DNA of 64,000 nucleotides from Dehalococcoidia bacterium (GTDB lineage Bacteria > Chloroflexota > Dehalococcoidia > Lucifugimonadales > Australimonadaceae), in contig DAOUJA010000017.1 in assembly GCA_034423175.1 (NCBI GenBank), forward strand, positions 20,638 through 84,637. Reading direction: 5' to 3'. Below the pieces are notes generated by a model, which had not been told where the DNA came from, ran no database searches, and saw nothing but the letters and a program-made list of their open reading frames with translations. A program made the translations under genes and the position numbers. Positions 7,838 to 17,918 of the stretch are shown here, in pieces (within the stretch, counting starts at the first letter, position 1; each line of letters starts with the position of its first letter).

Positions 7838-8974
7838 CTAACCCTCGAGGGCGTAGAGGCGGGCGCAGTTGTCCCAGAGCACCTTGCGGCGGGACTCGTC
7901 CGGGAGGTCGAGCTCGAAGAACTCGTCCATGGCGTGGGGGAAGGCGCTGTCCGGGTGGGGGTAGTCCGTGGAGATGACCATGATGTCGTTGCCGTAGCGT
8001 TCCATCACGTCCGCCGCGAGCTCCTCGTCCGCTTCCATGGAGAGGACGCACTGCCGCAGGAAGTACTCGCTCGGCCGAAGCGACAGGTCGGTCTCCACGT
8101 ACTTGGCGTACTGGTCGTCCAGCCGGTAGAGGAGCCAGGGCAGCCAGCCGCAGTTGGCCTCCAGGAACGCGACGCGCAGCGCGGGGTGACGCTCCAGCAC
8201 GCCGGTCATCGTGAGTCCGGCCATCGCGCCCATGATCTGCGTCGGGAAGCTGAGCGCGTGCGTCATCGTGCGGGGCGACGGGTGGCGCAGGAACTTGCGG
8301 CTGATGTCCTCGCGGCCCGGAGCGGTGGACGTGCCGTGGAGACAGACCGCGGCCCCCAGCCGCTCCACCTCCGTCCAGAGCGGCTCCACCTCCTCGTCGT
8401 ACAGCAGGCGTCCGTTGACCGGCTCCGTGTGAACGGTGACTCCCACGAAGCCCAGCTCCGTCACGGCGCGGCGCGCTTCCTCGATGGCGAGGTCGAGCGC
8501 CTGCAGCGGCAGGAGCGCGATGCCCTTCAGCCGGTCGGGGTCGGTCGCGCAGTAGTCGCGCATCCAGTTGTTGTAGGCGCGGCAGAGGGCCGCGGCGTAG
8601 TCGGGTTCGAGGTCGTCCAGTCCCACGATCCACGTGCCGCCGTTCGTGCGGAAGAGGGCGGCCACGTCGACGCCCTCGATGTCCATCGCTTCGAGGGTGG
8701 TCGCGGCGTCGAAGCCATGCTCGAACGCCTTGACCTGGAACGGCGTGCGCTCTTTCTTCGTCTTGAGCAGGGCGTTCGCCTTGAAGAACTCCGGCCACTC
8801 GTTCCAGAGCGGGAACGGTTTGCCGTCGATGACCCACGTGTCGACGCCGGTGACGTCGCTGCGCTGCATGACGGGCATGCGGGAGCGGAAGGGCGCTTCG
8901 AGGTAGTCCTCGAAAAGGCTCGCCGGTTCGATGACGTGGATGTCGCTGTCGAGGACCTTGAAGCCGTTCTTCAT
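7838..8974 (-). CDS. amidohydrolase 2 family metal-dependent hydrolase/decarboxylase
   Basis: VLDSDIHVIEP at the N-terminus, CLHGTS, and ISTDYPHPDSAFPH near the C-terminus. Confidence 0.8.
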   Translation of the reverse strand: MKNGFKVLDSDIHVIEPASLFEDYLEAPFRSRMPVMQRSDVTGVDTWVIDGKPFPLWNEWPEFFKANALLKTKKERTPFQVKAFEHGFDAATTLEAMDIEGVDVAALFRTNGGTWIVGLDDLEPDYAAALCRAYNNWMRDYCATDPDRLKGIALLPLQALDLAIEEARRAVTELGFVGVTVHTEPVNGRLLYDEEVEPLWTEVERLGAAVCLHGTSTAPGREDISRKFLRHPSPRTMTHALSFPTQIMGAMAGLTMTGVLERHPALRVAFLEANCGWLPWLLYRLDDQYAKYVETDLSLRPSEYFLRQCVLSMEADEELAADVMERYGNDIMVISTDYPHPDSAFPHAMDEFFELDLPDESRRKVLWDNCARLYALEG

Positions 8975-9048
8975 GGCGTCTTTCTACCGGAACCGGCGTG
9001 CTGCGGTCAATGCGGCGCGGTCCGGCGGGTGGTAGGCTTCCGCGCACT

Positions 9049-10530
9049 ATGGCGCGCGTGATACTCGTGCTCGACCTCGGCAGCAGCCGCCTGCGATGCG
9101 CGGTCGTCCCGCTCGACGGGGACGGTGCGCCAGTGGAGGCAGCGCACACCCCCTACCCCGCCGCGAGCGACCGCGCCGGTACGCTGGCGCACTCCTACAA
9201 CCCGCGGCTGCTCCGGGAGCGGCTGCTGCGCGTGCTGGCGGAGGGTGCGCGGACCGCGGGTCCGTGCGCCGTGGCTGCAATCACCGTGACCGCGCAGCGT
9301 CTCGCGACGTGCTTCTTCGATGAGGACCTCAACACGCTGAGCGCGGGCGCGAACAACGACACGCGCGCCGTCTTCCAGGGCGGCGCGATGGACGACGTCC
9401 ACGGTCCGCTCATCTATCGCACGACGGGCCACCTACCCTCCATGCTGTTCGCGCCAGCCAAGTACGCGTGGTGGCGCGAGAACCGTCCACGAAGGGCACG
9501 GCGCATCGCCAGGACGGCAGGGCTCGACGCCTGGGCCGCGCTGCAGCTGACGGGAACGCTCGCCGAGACGACGCCGGGGCTCGCGGAGTCCGGTCTGCTG
9601 GACGTGACGTCCGGCGCGCCGGCAACGGCGCTTCTGGAGCTGCTCGGCGTGCCGCCGGAACTGCCGGCGGACATGCTGCCCCCGGACATAGCCGTTGGAC
9701 GTCTGACCGCGGAGGCGGCGGAGGCGACGGGCCTGCCGGGCGAGACACCCGTACACCTCGCGGGGCCGGACTCGCACGCGGCCGCGATCGGTTGCGGCGC
9801 TGCGACTGACGGGGCGGCGGCCTGCGCCGCGGGGTGGAGCGCGCCGGTGCAGGTGACGACGCCATCGCCCTCTTTCGACGCGCAGGCGCGGACGTGGACG
9901 TCACTGCGGGGGGTCAGCGGGAAGTGGGCGGTGGAGGCGAACCCCGGCGACACAGGGCGGATGCTGCACGCGGTGCGGCGGTTGATCGCGCCACGCGCAT
10001 CGCTCGCGCGGTTCGACGCACTGGTGCGCTCCGCCTTCGAGAGCGGCAAGCCGGTCGCCGCGTTCCTCGGCCCGCGCGCGATCGACCTCTCCAACCCGGG
10101 CATCACGATGGGGGGCGTACTGATGCCCGCACCCATCACGCAGGAGGGGCTGGACCCCGCCGACGTCGCCCGAGCCGCCTACGAGAACGCCGCGTTCGCC
10201 ATCCGCGAGAGTCTCGAACTCGCGCGCAGCGTGGCCGGCAAGGGAACCGGGCCGTTCGCGCTCACCGGCGGGCTGGCGGAGAGCGCCGTGTTCCCGCAAC
10301 TGCTGGCCGACGCGCTGGGCGAGCCCGTGCGCGTGCACCGCAACGCTACGGCAACGGGTGCGGCGGCGCTGGCAACGACGCCCGCGAACGAACTCACGGG
10401 ACGCTGCTCGGACCTCGCGTCGAACGGCGTCAGCGTCGAGCCGGGGCCGCGTTCGCGGGAGTGCGGGGAGTCGTACGAGCGGTGGCTGAGGCTGCGGGAA
10501 CGGCTGGATGCGCTGACGGAGGATCTGTAG
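9049..10530 (+). CDS. FGGY-family carbohydrate kinase
   Basis: ILVLDLGSSRLRCAV N-terminal phosphate-1 motif and a C-terminal LTGGLAESAVFPQLLADALGEPV pattern. Confidence 0.75.
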   Translation: MARVILVLDLGSSRLRCAVVPLDGDGAPVEAAHTPYPAASDRAGTLAHSYNPRLLRERLLRVLAEGARTAGPCAVAAITVTAQRLATCFFDEDLNTLSAGANNDTRAVFQGGAMDDVHGPLIYRTTGHLPSMLFAPAKYAWWRENRPRRARRIARTAGLDAWAALQLTGTLAETTPGLAESGLLDVTSGAPATALLELLGVPPELPADMLPPDIAVGRLTAEAAEATGLPGETPVHLAGPDSHAAAIGCGAATDGAAACAAGWSAPVQVTTPSPSFDAQARTWTSLRGVSGKWAVEANPGDTGRMLHAVRRLIAPRASLARFDALVRSAFESGKPVAAFLGPRAIDLSNPGITMGGVLMPAPITQEGLDPADVARAAYENAAFAIRESLELARSVAGKGTGPFALTGGLAESAVFPQLLADALGEPVRVHRNATATGAAALATTPANELTGRCSDLASNGVSVEPGPRSRECGESYERWLRLRERLDALTEDL

Positions 10531-10540
10531 GGCCTTTCGC

Positions 10541-10645
10541 TGTCATTCCGAGCGTAGCCGAGGAATCTCTCGGTACGCCCACGCAGTGGGCCAACGCTCC
10601 CCGAGAGATGTTTCGACTTCGCCTCCGGCTCCGCTCAACATGACA
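10541..10645. mobile_element. MITE-like inverted-repeat element (family 3)
   Basis: The left arm tgtcattccgagcgtagccgaggaatctctcgg and the right arm ccgagagatgtttcgacttcgcctccggctccgctcaacatgaca form imperfect terminal inverted repeats. The right arm recurs at 23674-23719 and a fragment at 45843-45860. Confidence 0.6.
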
Positions 10646-10721
10646 ACACTCCGCCACGCCCGCATCCCGCGAGACTAACGATCGCCCTCGACTCCAACCT
10701 CGCGGGATCGATGAGGGCGAG

Positions 10722-10787
10722 GTTCCTGCCTGCGCAGGAACGACGGAAGAGGCACAGGAACGACGGATGAGGCACAGGAACGACGAA
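10722..10787. repeat. GTTCCTGC-N4-GCAGGAAC hairpin followed by three tandem copies of AGGAACGACG-containing 19-20 bp units
   Basis: Read directly as gttcctgcctgcgcaggaacgacggaagaggcacaggaacgacggatgaggcacaggaacgacgaa. The same perfect 8-bp stem occurs at 53841-53860. Confidence 0.6.
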
Positions 10788-10833
10788 GGGACGCTCCCAT
10801 GCCTGTCTTGTCCGCTGCTATGCTTAATCCGAG

Positions 10834-11502
10834 ATGACGTCGAACGGGACGACATACGAGCAGTTGCGGCGCGAGGTGATGGAGGCCGCGCGGGCGATGC
10901 ACCGCAGCGGGCTGGTCGTGGGCTCGTCGGGCAACGTGAGCACGCGAGTGAAGGGGGAGGAACTGCTCGCCATCACGACGGCGGGCAAGGACTACGAGAC
11001 GATGGGCCTCGACGAGGTGGTCGTCACCGACTTCGAGGGCGACGCCGTCGAGGGCGACGGCCTGCCGTCCACCGAGATGCTGATGCACGTCGCGATCTAC
11101 CGCGCCCGCCGGGACGTGCGCGCCGTGATGCACACGCACTCGGTGTACGCGAGTGCGCTCGCGGTCGCAGCCGAGCCGCTTCCGCCCCTCATCGACGAGA
11201 TGGTCATCGCGCTGGGCGACAGCATCCAGGTGTCCGAGTACGCGTTCCCGGCAACGGAGGAGTTGGGCGACGCGGTCGTCGCCGCGCTGGGCGAGCGGAA
11301 CGCCGCGCTCATCCGCAACCATGGGCTGGTCGGCGTCGGCGGAAGTCTCGCGGAGGCGTTGCACGTCTGCCAACTGGCTGAACACGTCGCGCACATCTAC
11401 GCCGCGGCGAAGACCCTCGGCACGCCCCGGGCGCTGCCGGAGGAGGCTATCGCTACTGAAATGGCACTCTTCCGCATGAGCAGGAAGGTGGAGAGCGCAT
11501 GA
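10834..11502 (+). CDS. class II aldolase/adducin family protein
   Basis: GSSGNVSTRV, MHVAIYRARRDVRAVMHTHS and LIRNHGLVGVG. Confidence 0.8.
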   Translation: MTSNGTTYEQLRREVMEAARAMHRSGLVVGSSGNVSTRVKGEELLAITTAGKDYETMGLDEVVVTDFEGDAVEGDGLPSTEMLMHVAIYRARRDVRAVMHTHSVYASALAVAAEPLPPLIDEMVIALGDSIQVSEYAFPATEELGDAVVAALGERNAALIRNHGLVGVGGSLAEALHVCQLAEHVAHIYAAAKTLGTPRALPEEAIATEMALFRMSRKVESA

Positions 11503-11882
11503 AGGTGCCCCCGTTCCTGCTCCGCAGGTTGTACGTGAAGGGCAGCCTGACTGCGACGGCCGACGGTTTCACGTTCCAGCTGCAGAACAGGCTCGGCTCC
11601 GGCTACGCGAAGCGGATGCTGCCGCTGACGCTGGACGGCGAGTCGCTGGACATGGCGACGTCGATATTCGAGATCGACGGAGAGGAGACGGTCTTCGACG
11701 CGGTCTCGGAGAGCGTGCCGTTCACGCTCGCGATGAACAAGACGACGACCATCGCCTACCGCGGCGGCGCGGTGACGCCGGGCCCGCACAGGGTCGGCAT
11801 GGCATTCGAAGTCGCGGGTCTCGGAGAGCTCGGGTTCGACTTCACGGACGAGGCTGCCGCGACAGAGCGCGGGACGGGGTGA
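11499..11882 (+). CDS. hypothetical protein (127 aa)
   Basis: ATGA overlap with the aldolase stop and GTGA overlap with the next gene. High-GC codon pattern; no family recognised. Confidence 0.5.
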   Translation: MKVPPFLLRRLYVKGSLTATADGFTFQLQNRLGSGYAKRMLPLTLDGESLDMATSIFEIDGEETVFDAVSESVPFTLAMNKTTTIAYRGGAVTPGPHRVGMAFEVAGLGELGFDFTDEAAATERGTG

Positions 11883-12991
11883 GCGCGCCACGCTCCGTCG
11901 CCGTCACCGGCGCGTCGGGATACATCGGCACGCGCCTCGTGCGGCGCCTGCTCGAGACGAAGGGCGTCGAGCGTGTGACGGGCGTTGACGTGCGCGGCCC
12001 GAGCATCCGGCACGAGCGCTATACCCACTTCCGGCAGGACATGACCTCCCCGCTCGACGACGCGTTCACAGGTGTGGACGCGGTCATCCACCTCGCATTC
12101 GTGCTTCGGCAGCTTCGCGACCGCGCGGAGGGCAGGCGCATCAACGTCGGCGGGGCGGAGAGCGTCCTGCGGGCCTGCGCGAGCGCGGGCGTGGAGCGCA
12201 TCGTCCTGATGTCGAGCGCGACGGTGTACGGTCCGCGTCCGGACAACCCGCCCGCACTGGCCGAGGACGCGCCGCTTCGCCCGCCTGCCGGGTTCGCCTA
12301 CGCGGAGGACAAGGCGGCGTGCGAGGCGCTCTTCCAGGCATTCGCGGAAGAACATCCCCAGGCATGCGTTTCCATCCTGCGCGGGTGCGTGGTCATGGGG
12401 CCGAACGCGGCGAACTTCATCACCGCCGCGCTGGACAAGCCGGTGCTGATAGGCGTCCGGGGCGACGACCCGGAGATGCAGTTCGTCCATGAAGACGACC
12501 TCGCCGAGGTGCTCTTGCGCTTCGCAGCCGAGTCACACGCCGGCGTGTACAACGTGGCGGGGGCCGGCAGCGTGCGCTGGAGCGAGGCGGTGTCGCTCGC
12601 GGGGAAACGGCTTATCCGGTTCTCCGCCCCGCTCGCCTACGGGCTGACAGGACTCGCATGGCGCACGCGAGCGCAGAGCGACTCTCCATCGGCCGGGCTG
12701 GGCTTCGTCCGGTGGCCATGGACGGTGAGCACGGAGAAGCTGACAGCGGAGACGGGTTACGCGTTCCGGCACACGTCGCGGGACGCACTGGAGGCGTACC
12801 TCAGGCGCCGGGCGCGCAGGAAGCGCACGAGACGCAGCCACATCTACCTGCGCCGGCCGGAAGAAGCAGACAGGCTCAGATACATGCCGGAAGAGATTGC
12901 GCCCACGTTCGGGAACAAGATGCGCTGGCGCCTCGCCGGACTACGCGGCAGGGTGCACACGCTCCTTGACAGGTTTACGCTACGGCCATAG
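11879..12991 (+). CDS. NAD-dependent epimerase/dehydratase family protein
   Basis: VAVTGASGYIGTRLVRRLL Rossmann motif and the YAEDKAACE catalytic YxxxK. Confidence 0.75.
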   Translation: MSAPRSVAVTGASGYIGTRLVRRLLETKGVERVTGVDVRGPSIRHERYTHFRQDMTSPLDDAFTGVDAVIHLAFVLRQLRDRAEGRRINVGGAESVLRACASAGVERIVLMSSATVYGPRPDNPPALAEDAPLRPPAGFAYAEDKAACEALFQAFAEEHPQACVSILRGCVVMGPNAANFITAALDKPVLIGVRGDDPEMQFVHEDDLAEVLLRFAAESHAGVYNVAGAGSVRWSEAVSLAGKRLIRFSAPLAYGLTGLAWRTRAQSDSPSAGLGFVRWPWTVSTEKLTAETGYAFRHTSRDALEAYLRRRARRKRTRRSHIYLRRPEEADRLRYMPEEIAPTFGNKMRWRLAGLRGRVHTLLDRFTLRP

Positions 12992-12994
12992 CCT

Positions 12995-13019
12995 ATTGTT
13001 GACCTCAGCAGTCGACAAT
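12995..13019. promoter_or_regulatory. imperfect palindrome ATTGTTGAC-N7-GTCGACAAT upstream of sufB (candidate operator)
   Basis: The 9-bp arms have one mismatch and lie about 75 nt upstream of the sufB ATG. Confidence 0.35.
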
Positions 13020-13060
13020 ACTGCAGAAGGGGACACCCACTCCGCGCGCTGAAGCGCGTT

Positions 13061-13084
13061 ACCCTCTCCCGAGGGGAGAGGGGG
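13061..13084. repeat. hairpin repeat family 2 copy (ACCCTCTCCCGAGGGGAGAGGGGG)
   Basis: Perfect CCCTCTCCC/GGGAGAGGG stem immediately upstream of the sufB RBS. Confidence 0.6.
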
Positions 13085-13092
13085 AAGGCGAA

Positions 13093-14544
13093 ATGACCAA
13101 CCGCACCGTTCAAGAACTCGCCGAGCAGTCCTACAAGTACGGGTGGACAACCGAGGTCGAGGAAGAGTCGGCTCCGCCCGGCCTCAGCGAGGAGATCGTG
13201 CGGTGGATATCCGAGCGGAAGGGCGAGCCTGAGTGGCTCCTGGAGTGGCGGTTAAAGGCATACCGGCACTTCATGCGCCTGCTGGGCGACGCGCAACTGC
13301 CCGCGTGGGCGAACGTGAGCCACCCCCCCATCGACTTCCAGTCGATACGCTACTACGCCGCGCCCAAGCCGAAGCTCGAGCTCGAGAGCCTCGACCAGGT
13401 CGACGCCGAGATCCTCAAGACGTACGAGAGGCTCGGCATCCCGCTCGAGGAGCAGAAGCGGCTTGCGGGCGTGGCGGTCGACGCCATCTTCGACAGCGTG
13501 AGCGTCATGACCACCGCGAAGGAGACGCTGGCGAAGTACGGCGTCATCTTCTCGTCCGTGTCGGAAGCGGTGAAGGACCACCCGGAGCTCGTGCGCAAGT
13601 ACCTCGGCTCCGTGGTCCCGCACTCGGATAACTTCTACGCGGCGCTGAACTCGGCAGTGTTCTCGGACGGCTCGTTCGTCTACATCCCGCCGGGCGTCCG
13701 CTGCCCGCTGGAGCTGTCCACGTACTTCCGCATCAACGCGGAGGGGTCGGGGCAGTTCGAGCGCACGCTCATCATCGCGGACAAGGGTTCGTACGTGAGC
13801 TACCTGGAGGGCTGCTCGGCGCCGATGCGGGACGAGAACCAGCTGCACGCCGCCGTGGTGGAGCTCGTCGCGATGGACGACGCTGAGATCAAGTACTCGA
13901 CGATCCAGAACTGGTACCCGGGCGACGACAACGGCCGGGGCGGCATCTACAACTTCGTCACGAAGCGCGGGAAGTGCGCGGGCGACCGCTCCCGCATCTC
14001 CTGGACGCAGGTGGAGACCGGCTCCGCCATCACGTGGAAGTACCCGAGCGTGCTGCTGCAGGGCGACTACTCGACCGGCGAGTTCTACTCGGTTGCGCTC
14101 GCCAAGGGACGCCAGCAGGCGGACACCGGCACGAAGATGACCCACATCGGCAGGAACACGTCCAGCCGCATCATCTCCAAGGGCATCTCCGCAGGCCACG
14201 GGAACAACACGTACCGAGGGCTCGTGAAGGTGCTGCCGAGGGCCGAGGGCGCGGTCAACTTCACGCAGTGCGACTCGCTGCTCATCGGCGACCAGTGCGG
14301 CGCGCACACCGTGCCGTACATCGAGGTGCAGAACCGCTCGGCGAACGTTGAGCACGAGGCTTCCACGACCAAAGTGAGCGAGGAGCAGCTCTTCTACTGC
14401 CAGCAGCGCGGGCTCGCACGGGAAGACGCGCAGTCCGTCATCGTCAACGGGTTCGTTCGTGACGTGGTGAAACGCCTGCCGCTGGAGTTCGCTGTGGAGG
14501 CGGACCGGCTGCTCGAAGTCAACCTGGAGGGAACGGTAGGGTGA
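13093..14544 (+). CDS. sufB: Fe-S cluster assembly protein SufB
   Basis: Full-length 483 aa with [13 protein letters not shown] and IQNWYPGD, followed by sufC and sufD. Confidence 0.95.
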   Translation: MTNRTVQELAEQSYKYGWTTEVEEESAPPGLSEEIVRWISERKGEPEWLLEWRLKAYRHFMRLLGDAQLPAWANVSHPPIDFQSIRYYAAPKPKLELESLDQVDAEILKTYERLGIPLEEQKRLAGVAVDAIFDSVSVMTTAKETLAKYGVIFSSVSEAVKDHPELVRKYLGSVVPHSDNFYAALNSAVFSDGSFVYIPPGVRCPLELSTYFRINAEGSGQFERTLIIADKGSYVSYLEGCSAPMRDENQLHAAVVELVAMDDAEIKYSTIQNWYPGDDNGRGGIYNFVTKRGKCAGDRSRISWTQVETGSAITWKYPSVLLQGDYSTGEFYSVALAKGRQQADTGTKMTHIGRNTSSRIISKGISAGHGNNTYRGLVKVLPRAEGAVNFTQCDSLLIGDQCGAHTVPYIEVQNRSANVEHEASTTKVSEEQLFYCQQRGLAREDAQSVIVNGFVRDVVKRLPLEFAVEADRLLEVNLEGTVG

Positions 14545-15296
14545 TGCTGGAAGTGAGAGACCTCCACGCCGAGGTGAACGGCGTCGAGATACTGAAAGGC
14601 GTCAACCTCAGCGTCGGCGCAGACGAAACACATGCCATCATGGGGCCGAACGGCTCCGGCAAGAGCACGCTCGCCTACGTGCTGGCGGGGCGTCCGGGCT
14701 ACGAGATGACGGCCGGCAGCGTGACGTTCGACGGCGAGGACCTGCTTGCCCTGCCCGCCGAGGAGCGGGCCCGCAAGGGGCTGTTCCTCTCGTTCCAGCA
14801 CCCGGTGGAGATACCCGGCGTGCGGATGGACCACTTCCTGCGCGCGGGCTACAACGAGCTCCGCAAGAGCGCGGGCGAGGAGCAGTTGGACCCGCTGAAG
14901 TTCGACCGGCTGATACGCGGCAAGGCCAAGGCCGTCGAGATGGAAGCGGCGATGACCAAGCGGGCCGTCAATGAAGGCTTCTCCGGCGGCGAGAAGAAGC
15001 GGAACGAGGTGCTGCAGATGGCGGTGCTGGAGCCGCGCCTGCGCATCCTGGACGAGATCGACTCCGGGCTGGACGTCGACGCGCTGCGCGAGGTGGCACG
15101 CGGCATCACGGACCTCAGCGTCCCCGGTACGTCCACCGTCCTCGTGACCCACTACGACCGCATCCTCTCCTACCTCGAACCGGACCACGTCCACGTGCTC
15201 ATCGACGGCCGCATCGCGCGCTCCGGCGGAAGGGGGCTCGCAAAGGAGATCGAGGAGCGCGGCTACGACTGGCTCGAGGCAGGGGCAGGCGCCTGA
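14541..15296 (+). CDS. sufC: Fe-S cluster assembly ATPase SufC
   Basis: Walker [14 protein letters not shown] signature [11 protein letters not shown] and Walker [11 protein letters not shown]. Confidence 0.95.
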   Translation: MMLEVRDLHAEVNGVEILKGVNLSVGADETHAIMGPNGSGKSTLAYVLAGRPGYEMTAGSVTFDGEDLLALPAEERARKGLFLSFQHPVEIPGVRMDHFLRAGYNELRKSAGEEQLDPLKFDRLIRGKAKAVEMEAAMTKRAVNEGFSGGEKKRNEVLQMAVLEPRLRILDEIDSGLDVDALREVARGITDLSVPGTSTVLVTHYDRILSYLEPDHVHVLIDGRIARSGGRGLAKEIEERGYDWLEAGAGA

Positions 15297-15303
15297 CGCT
15301 CCG

Positions 15304-16668
15304 ATGACCCAGCACGCGACCGCAACCGAGTCCTGGACCGAGCAGTTCCACCGCTTCGAGCGGAACGGCGCGGAGATCAGCCCCGCGTGGCTGCGCGACG
15401 TCCGACGGAGCGCGTTCGGCGATTTCGAGCGTCTCGGTTTCCCAACGGCCCGCAGGGGCAACGAGCCATGGAAGTACACCAACGTCCGACCGATAGCCGA
15501 GGCGGCCTTCGCGCTCGCGGAGCACGCGCCGGAGGCCGGCGCAGGCGTGAACCTGCATGCGTACGAACTCCCCTGCCCGCGCGTCCACCAGCTCGTATTC
15601 GTTGACGGCCACTACGAGCCGGGGCTCTCCACCGAGCCGGTCAGCGAGGCCGGACTGCACAGCGACGTGCTGGGACGCCACGGCGACGGCCCGGTCGTTG
15701 GCCGGCTCGCGGACGCCATCGAGTACCGCGTCCCGCTCGTACGCGAGCATCTGGGGCGGCTTGCTCCGGCCTCCGGCAACGCGTTCACCGCGCTCAACAC
15801 GGCGTTCCTGCGGGACGGCGCTTTCGTGCAGATACCGGATGGAACGTTCGTGCCGGAGCCCATCTACCTGCTCTTCATTTCCACTGGCGCGCAGGCTGTG
15901 GTTACACACCCCCGTGTGCTCATCGCCGCGGGCGCAGACAGCAGCGCGACGGTCCTCCAGAGCTTCCACAGCCTGGACGGCGGCACGTACCTCACCAACG
16001 CGCTCACGGAGGTCGTCTCCGCCCCCGGCGCGAACCTGCGCCTCTGTACGCTCCAACGCGAAAGCAACGACGCCTTCCACATCGCCACGACGCGCATGGA
16101 GCAAGCGCGCGACAGCCGCATCTCCTCCGTGACGGTCGACCTCGGCGGGCGGCTCGTGCGCCGCGACGTCGCGACGCTGCTGGGCGCGCCGGGCGCGAGC
16201 GTCAACCTCTGCGGGCTGTACCACGGCGCGGGCGAGCGTCACGTGGACAACCAGACGTTCGTCGACCACGCTGCGCCGGGGGCATCCTCGAACGAGGTCT
16301 ACAAGGGCATCCTGGACGACGCATCGCACGGCGTATTCTCGGGCGGCGTGCTCGTCAGGCCGGACTCACAGCAGACCGTCGCGCACCAGGTCAACAAGAA
16401 CCTGTTGCTCTCCTCCGACGCCGAGATCGACACGCAGCCGAAGCTGGAGATCTACGCGGACGACGTCACCTGCACCCACGGCGCGGCAGTGGGACAACTG
16501 GACGCCGACGCGCTCTTCTACCTCAAGAGCAGGGGCATCGGCGAGGACGTGGCCCGCAACCTGCTGATGCACGGGTTCGTGAGCGAGGTGCTGGACGCGA
16601 TAGAGGACGGGGCGGTTCGGCAGCACGTCGAGCAGGCCGTCGACGGGTGCCTGCACGGGAGCGGATGA
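15304..16668 (+). CDS. sufD: Fe-S cluster assembly protein SufD
   Basis: Sits between sufC and sufS. C-terminal TCTHGAAVGQLDADALFYLKSRGI is typical of SufB/D. Confidence 0.9.
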   Translation: MTQHATATESWTEQFHRFERNGAEISPAWLRDVRRSAFGDFERLGFPTARRGNEPWKYTNVRPIAEAAFALAEHAPEAGAGVNLHAYELPCPRVHQLVFVDGHYEPGLSTEPVSEAGLHSDVLGRHGDGPVVGRLADAIEYRVPLVREHLGRLAPASGNAFTALNTAFLRDGAFVQIPDGTFVPEPIYLLFISTGAQAVVTHPRVLIAAGADSSATVLQSFHSLDGGTYLTNALTEVVSAPGANLRLCTLQRESNDAFHIATTRMEQARDSRISSVTVDLGGRLVRRDVATLLGAPGASVNLCGLYHGAGERHVDNQTFVDHAAPGASSNEVYKGILDDASHGVFSGGVLVRPDSQQTVAHQVNKNLLLSSDAEIDTQPKLEIYADDVTCTHGAAVGQLDADALFYLKSRGIGEDVARNLLMHGFVSEVLDAIEDGAVRQHVEQAVDGCLHGSG

Positions 16669-17918
16669 TGTACGACATCGCACAGGTGCGGAAAGACTTC
16701 CCCATCCTGGACCGCGTGGTCAACAACGTGCCGCTGGTCTACCTGGACAACGCGGCGACGTCGCAGAAGCCCGCGTCCGTCATCGCCGCGCTCGTGGACT
16801 ACTACGAGCAGTACAACGCGAACGTCCACCGCGGCGCGCACACCCTCGCGATGGAAGCCACCATGGCCTACGAAGAGGCGCGCGAGAAGGTGGCGGCGTT
16901 CATCAACGCCCCGTCGCCGGAGAACATCGTCTTCGTGCGTAACACGACGGAAGCGATCAACCTCGTGGCGCACACGTGGGCCGCGGAGCGCGTCGGCGCG
17001 GGCGACCGCATCGTCAGCACGGAGATGGAACACCACTCCAACCTCGTGCCGTGGCAGCACGTCGCTCGCGTCAACGACGCCGAACTGCGCCTTATGGCCG
17101 TCGGCGCAGACTACACGCTCGACCTCTCCGACCTCGACGAGTTGCTGACGCCCAACACAAAGCTCGTGGCGCTCACGCACATGTCCAATGTGCTTGGGAC
17201 CATCACGCCGGTAAGGGAGATAACGGAGGCTGCACACCGGGTGGGCGCGCGTGTGCTGGTCGACGCCGCGCAGAGCGTCCCGCACATGCCCGTGGACGTG
17301 CAGGAGATCGGCTGCGACTTCATGGCGTTCTCCGGCCACAAGATGGCGGGACCAACCGGCATCGGGGGGTTGTACGTCTCCCCCGACGTCATCGACGAGG
17401 TCGAGCCGTTCCTGCGGGGCGGCGAGATGGTGCTGGAGGTCACGTACGAGAGCGCGACCTGGAGCCCTCCTCCGATGAAGTTCGAGGCCGGCACACCGAA
17501 CATCGCGGACGCCATAGCGCTCGGCGCGGCGGTCGACTACCTGAGCGGCCTCGGGATGGAGCAGGTCCGCGAGCACGAGATAGCGCTCACCGGCTACGCG
17601 CTGGAGCGCTTCCGCGAACTGGAGGACGTCGAGACGTACGGCCCGACCGACCTGTCGGTGCGCGGCGGGGTCGTCTCGTTCTACATGAGCGGCATCCACC
17701 CGCACGACATCAGCCAGGTGCTGGACAGCTTCGGCGTCGCGATCCGGGCGGGGCACCACTGCGCGATGCCGCTGGTGCGCAGCAAGCTGCACGTCCCGGC
17801 GACGGCGCGGGCGAGCTTCTACCTCTACAATACGGAGCAGGAGGTGGACGTGCTCATCTCCGCGCTCAGGCACACGATGGAGTACTTCAGCGATGCAGAT
17901 GCCCGACAGGCTCGATGA
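16665..17918 (+). CDS. sufS: cysteine desulfurase SufS (class V aminotransferase, group II)
   Basis: VYLDNAATSQKP, HMSNVLGT, FSGHKMAGPTGIGGLY (PLP Lys) and RAGHHCAMP (active-site Cys). Confidence 0.9.
   Translation: MMYDIAQVRKDFPILDRVVNNVPLVYLDNAATSQKPASVIAALVDYYEQYNANVHRGAHTLAMEATMAYEEAREKVAAFINAPSPENIVFVRNTTEAINLVAHTWAAERVGAGDRIVSTEMEHHSNLVPWQHVARVNDAELRLMAVGADYTLDLSDLDELLTPNTKLVALTHMSNVLGTITPVREITEAAHRVGARVLVDAAQSVPHMPVDVQEIGCDFMAFSGHKMAGPTGIGGLYVSPDVIDEVEPFLRGGEMVLEVTYESATWSPPPMKFEAGTPNIADAIALGAAVDYLSGLGMEQVREHEIALTGYALERFRELEDVETYGPTDLSVRGGVVSFYMSGIHPHDISQVLDSFGVAIRAGHHCAMPLVRSKLHVPATARASFYLYNTEQEVDVLISALRHTMEYFSDADARQAR

Noticed and set aside
12999-13030. TTGACC near the suf palindrome as a -35 box
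   Set aside because: No acceptable -10 hexamer lies at 16-18 nt spacing, so I report only the palindrome and not a promoter.
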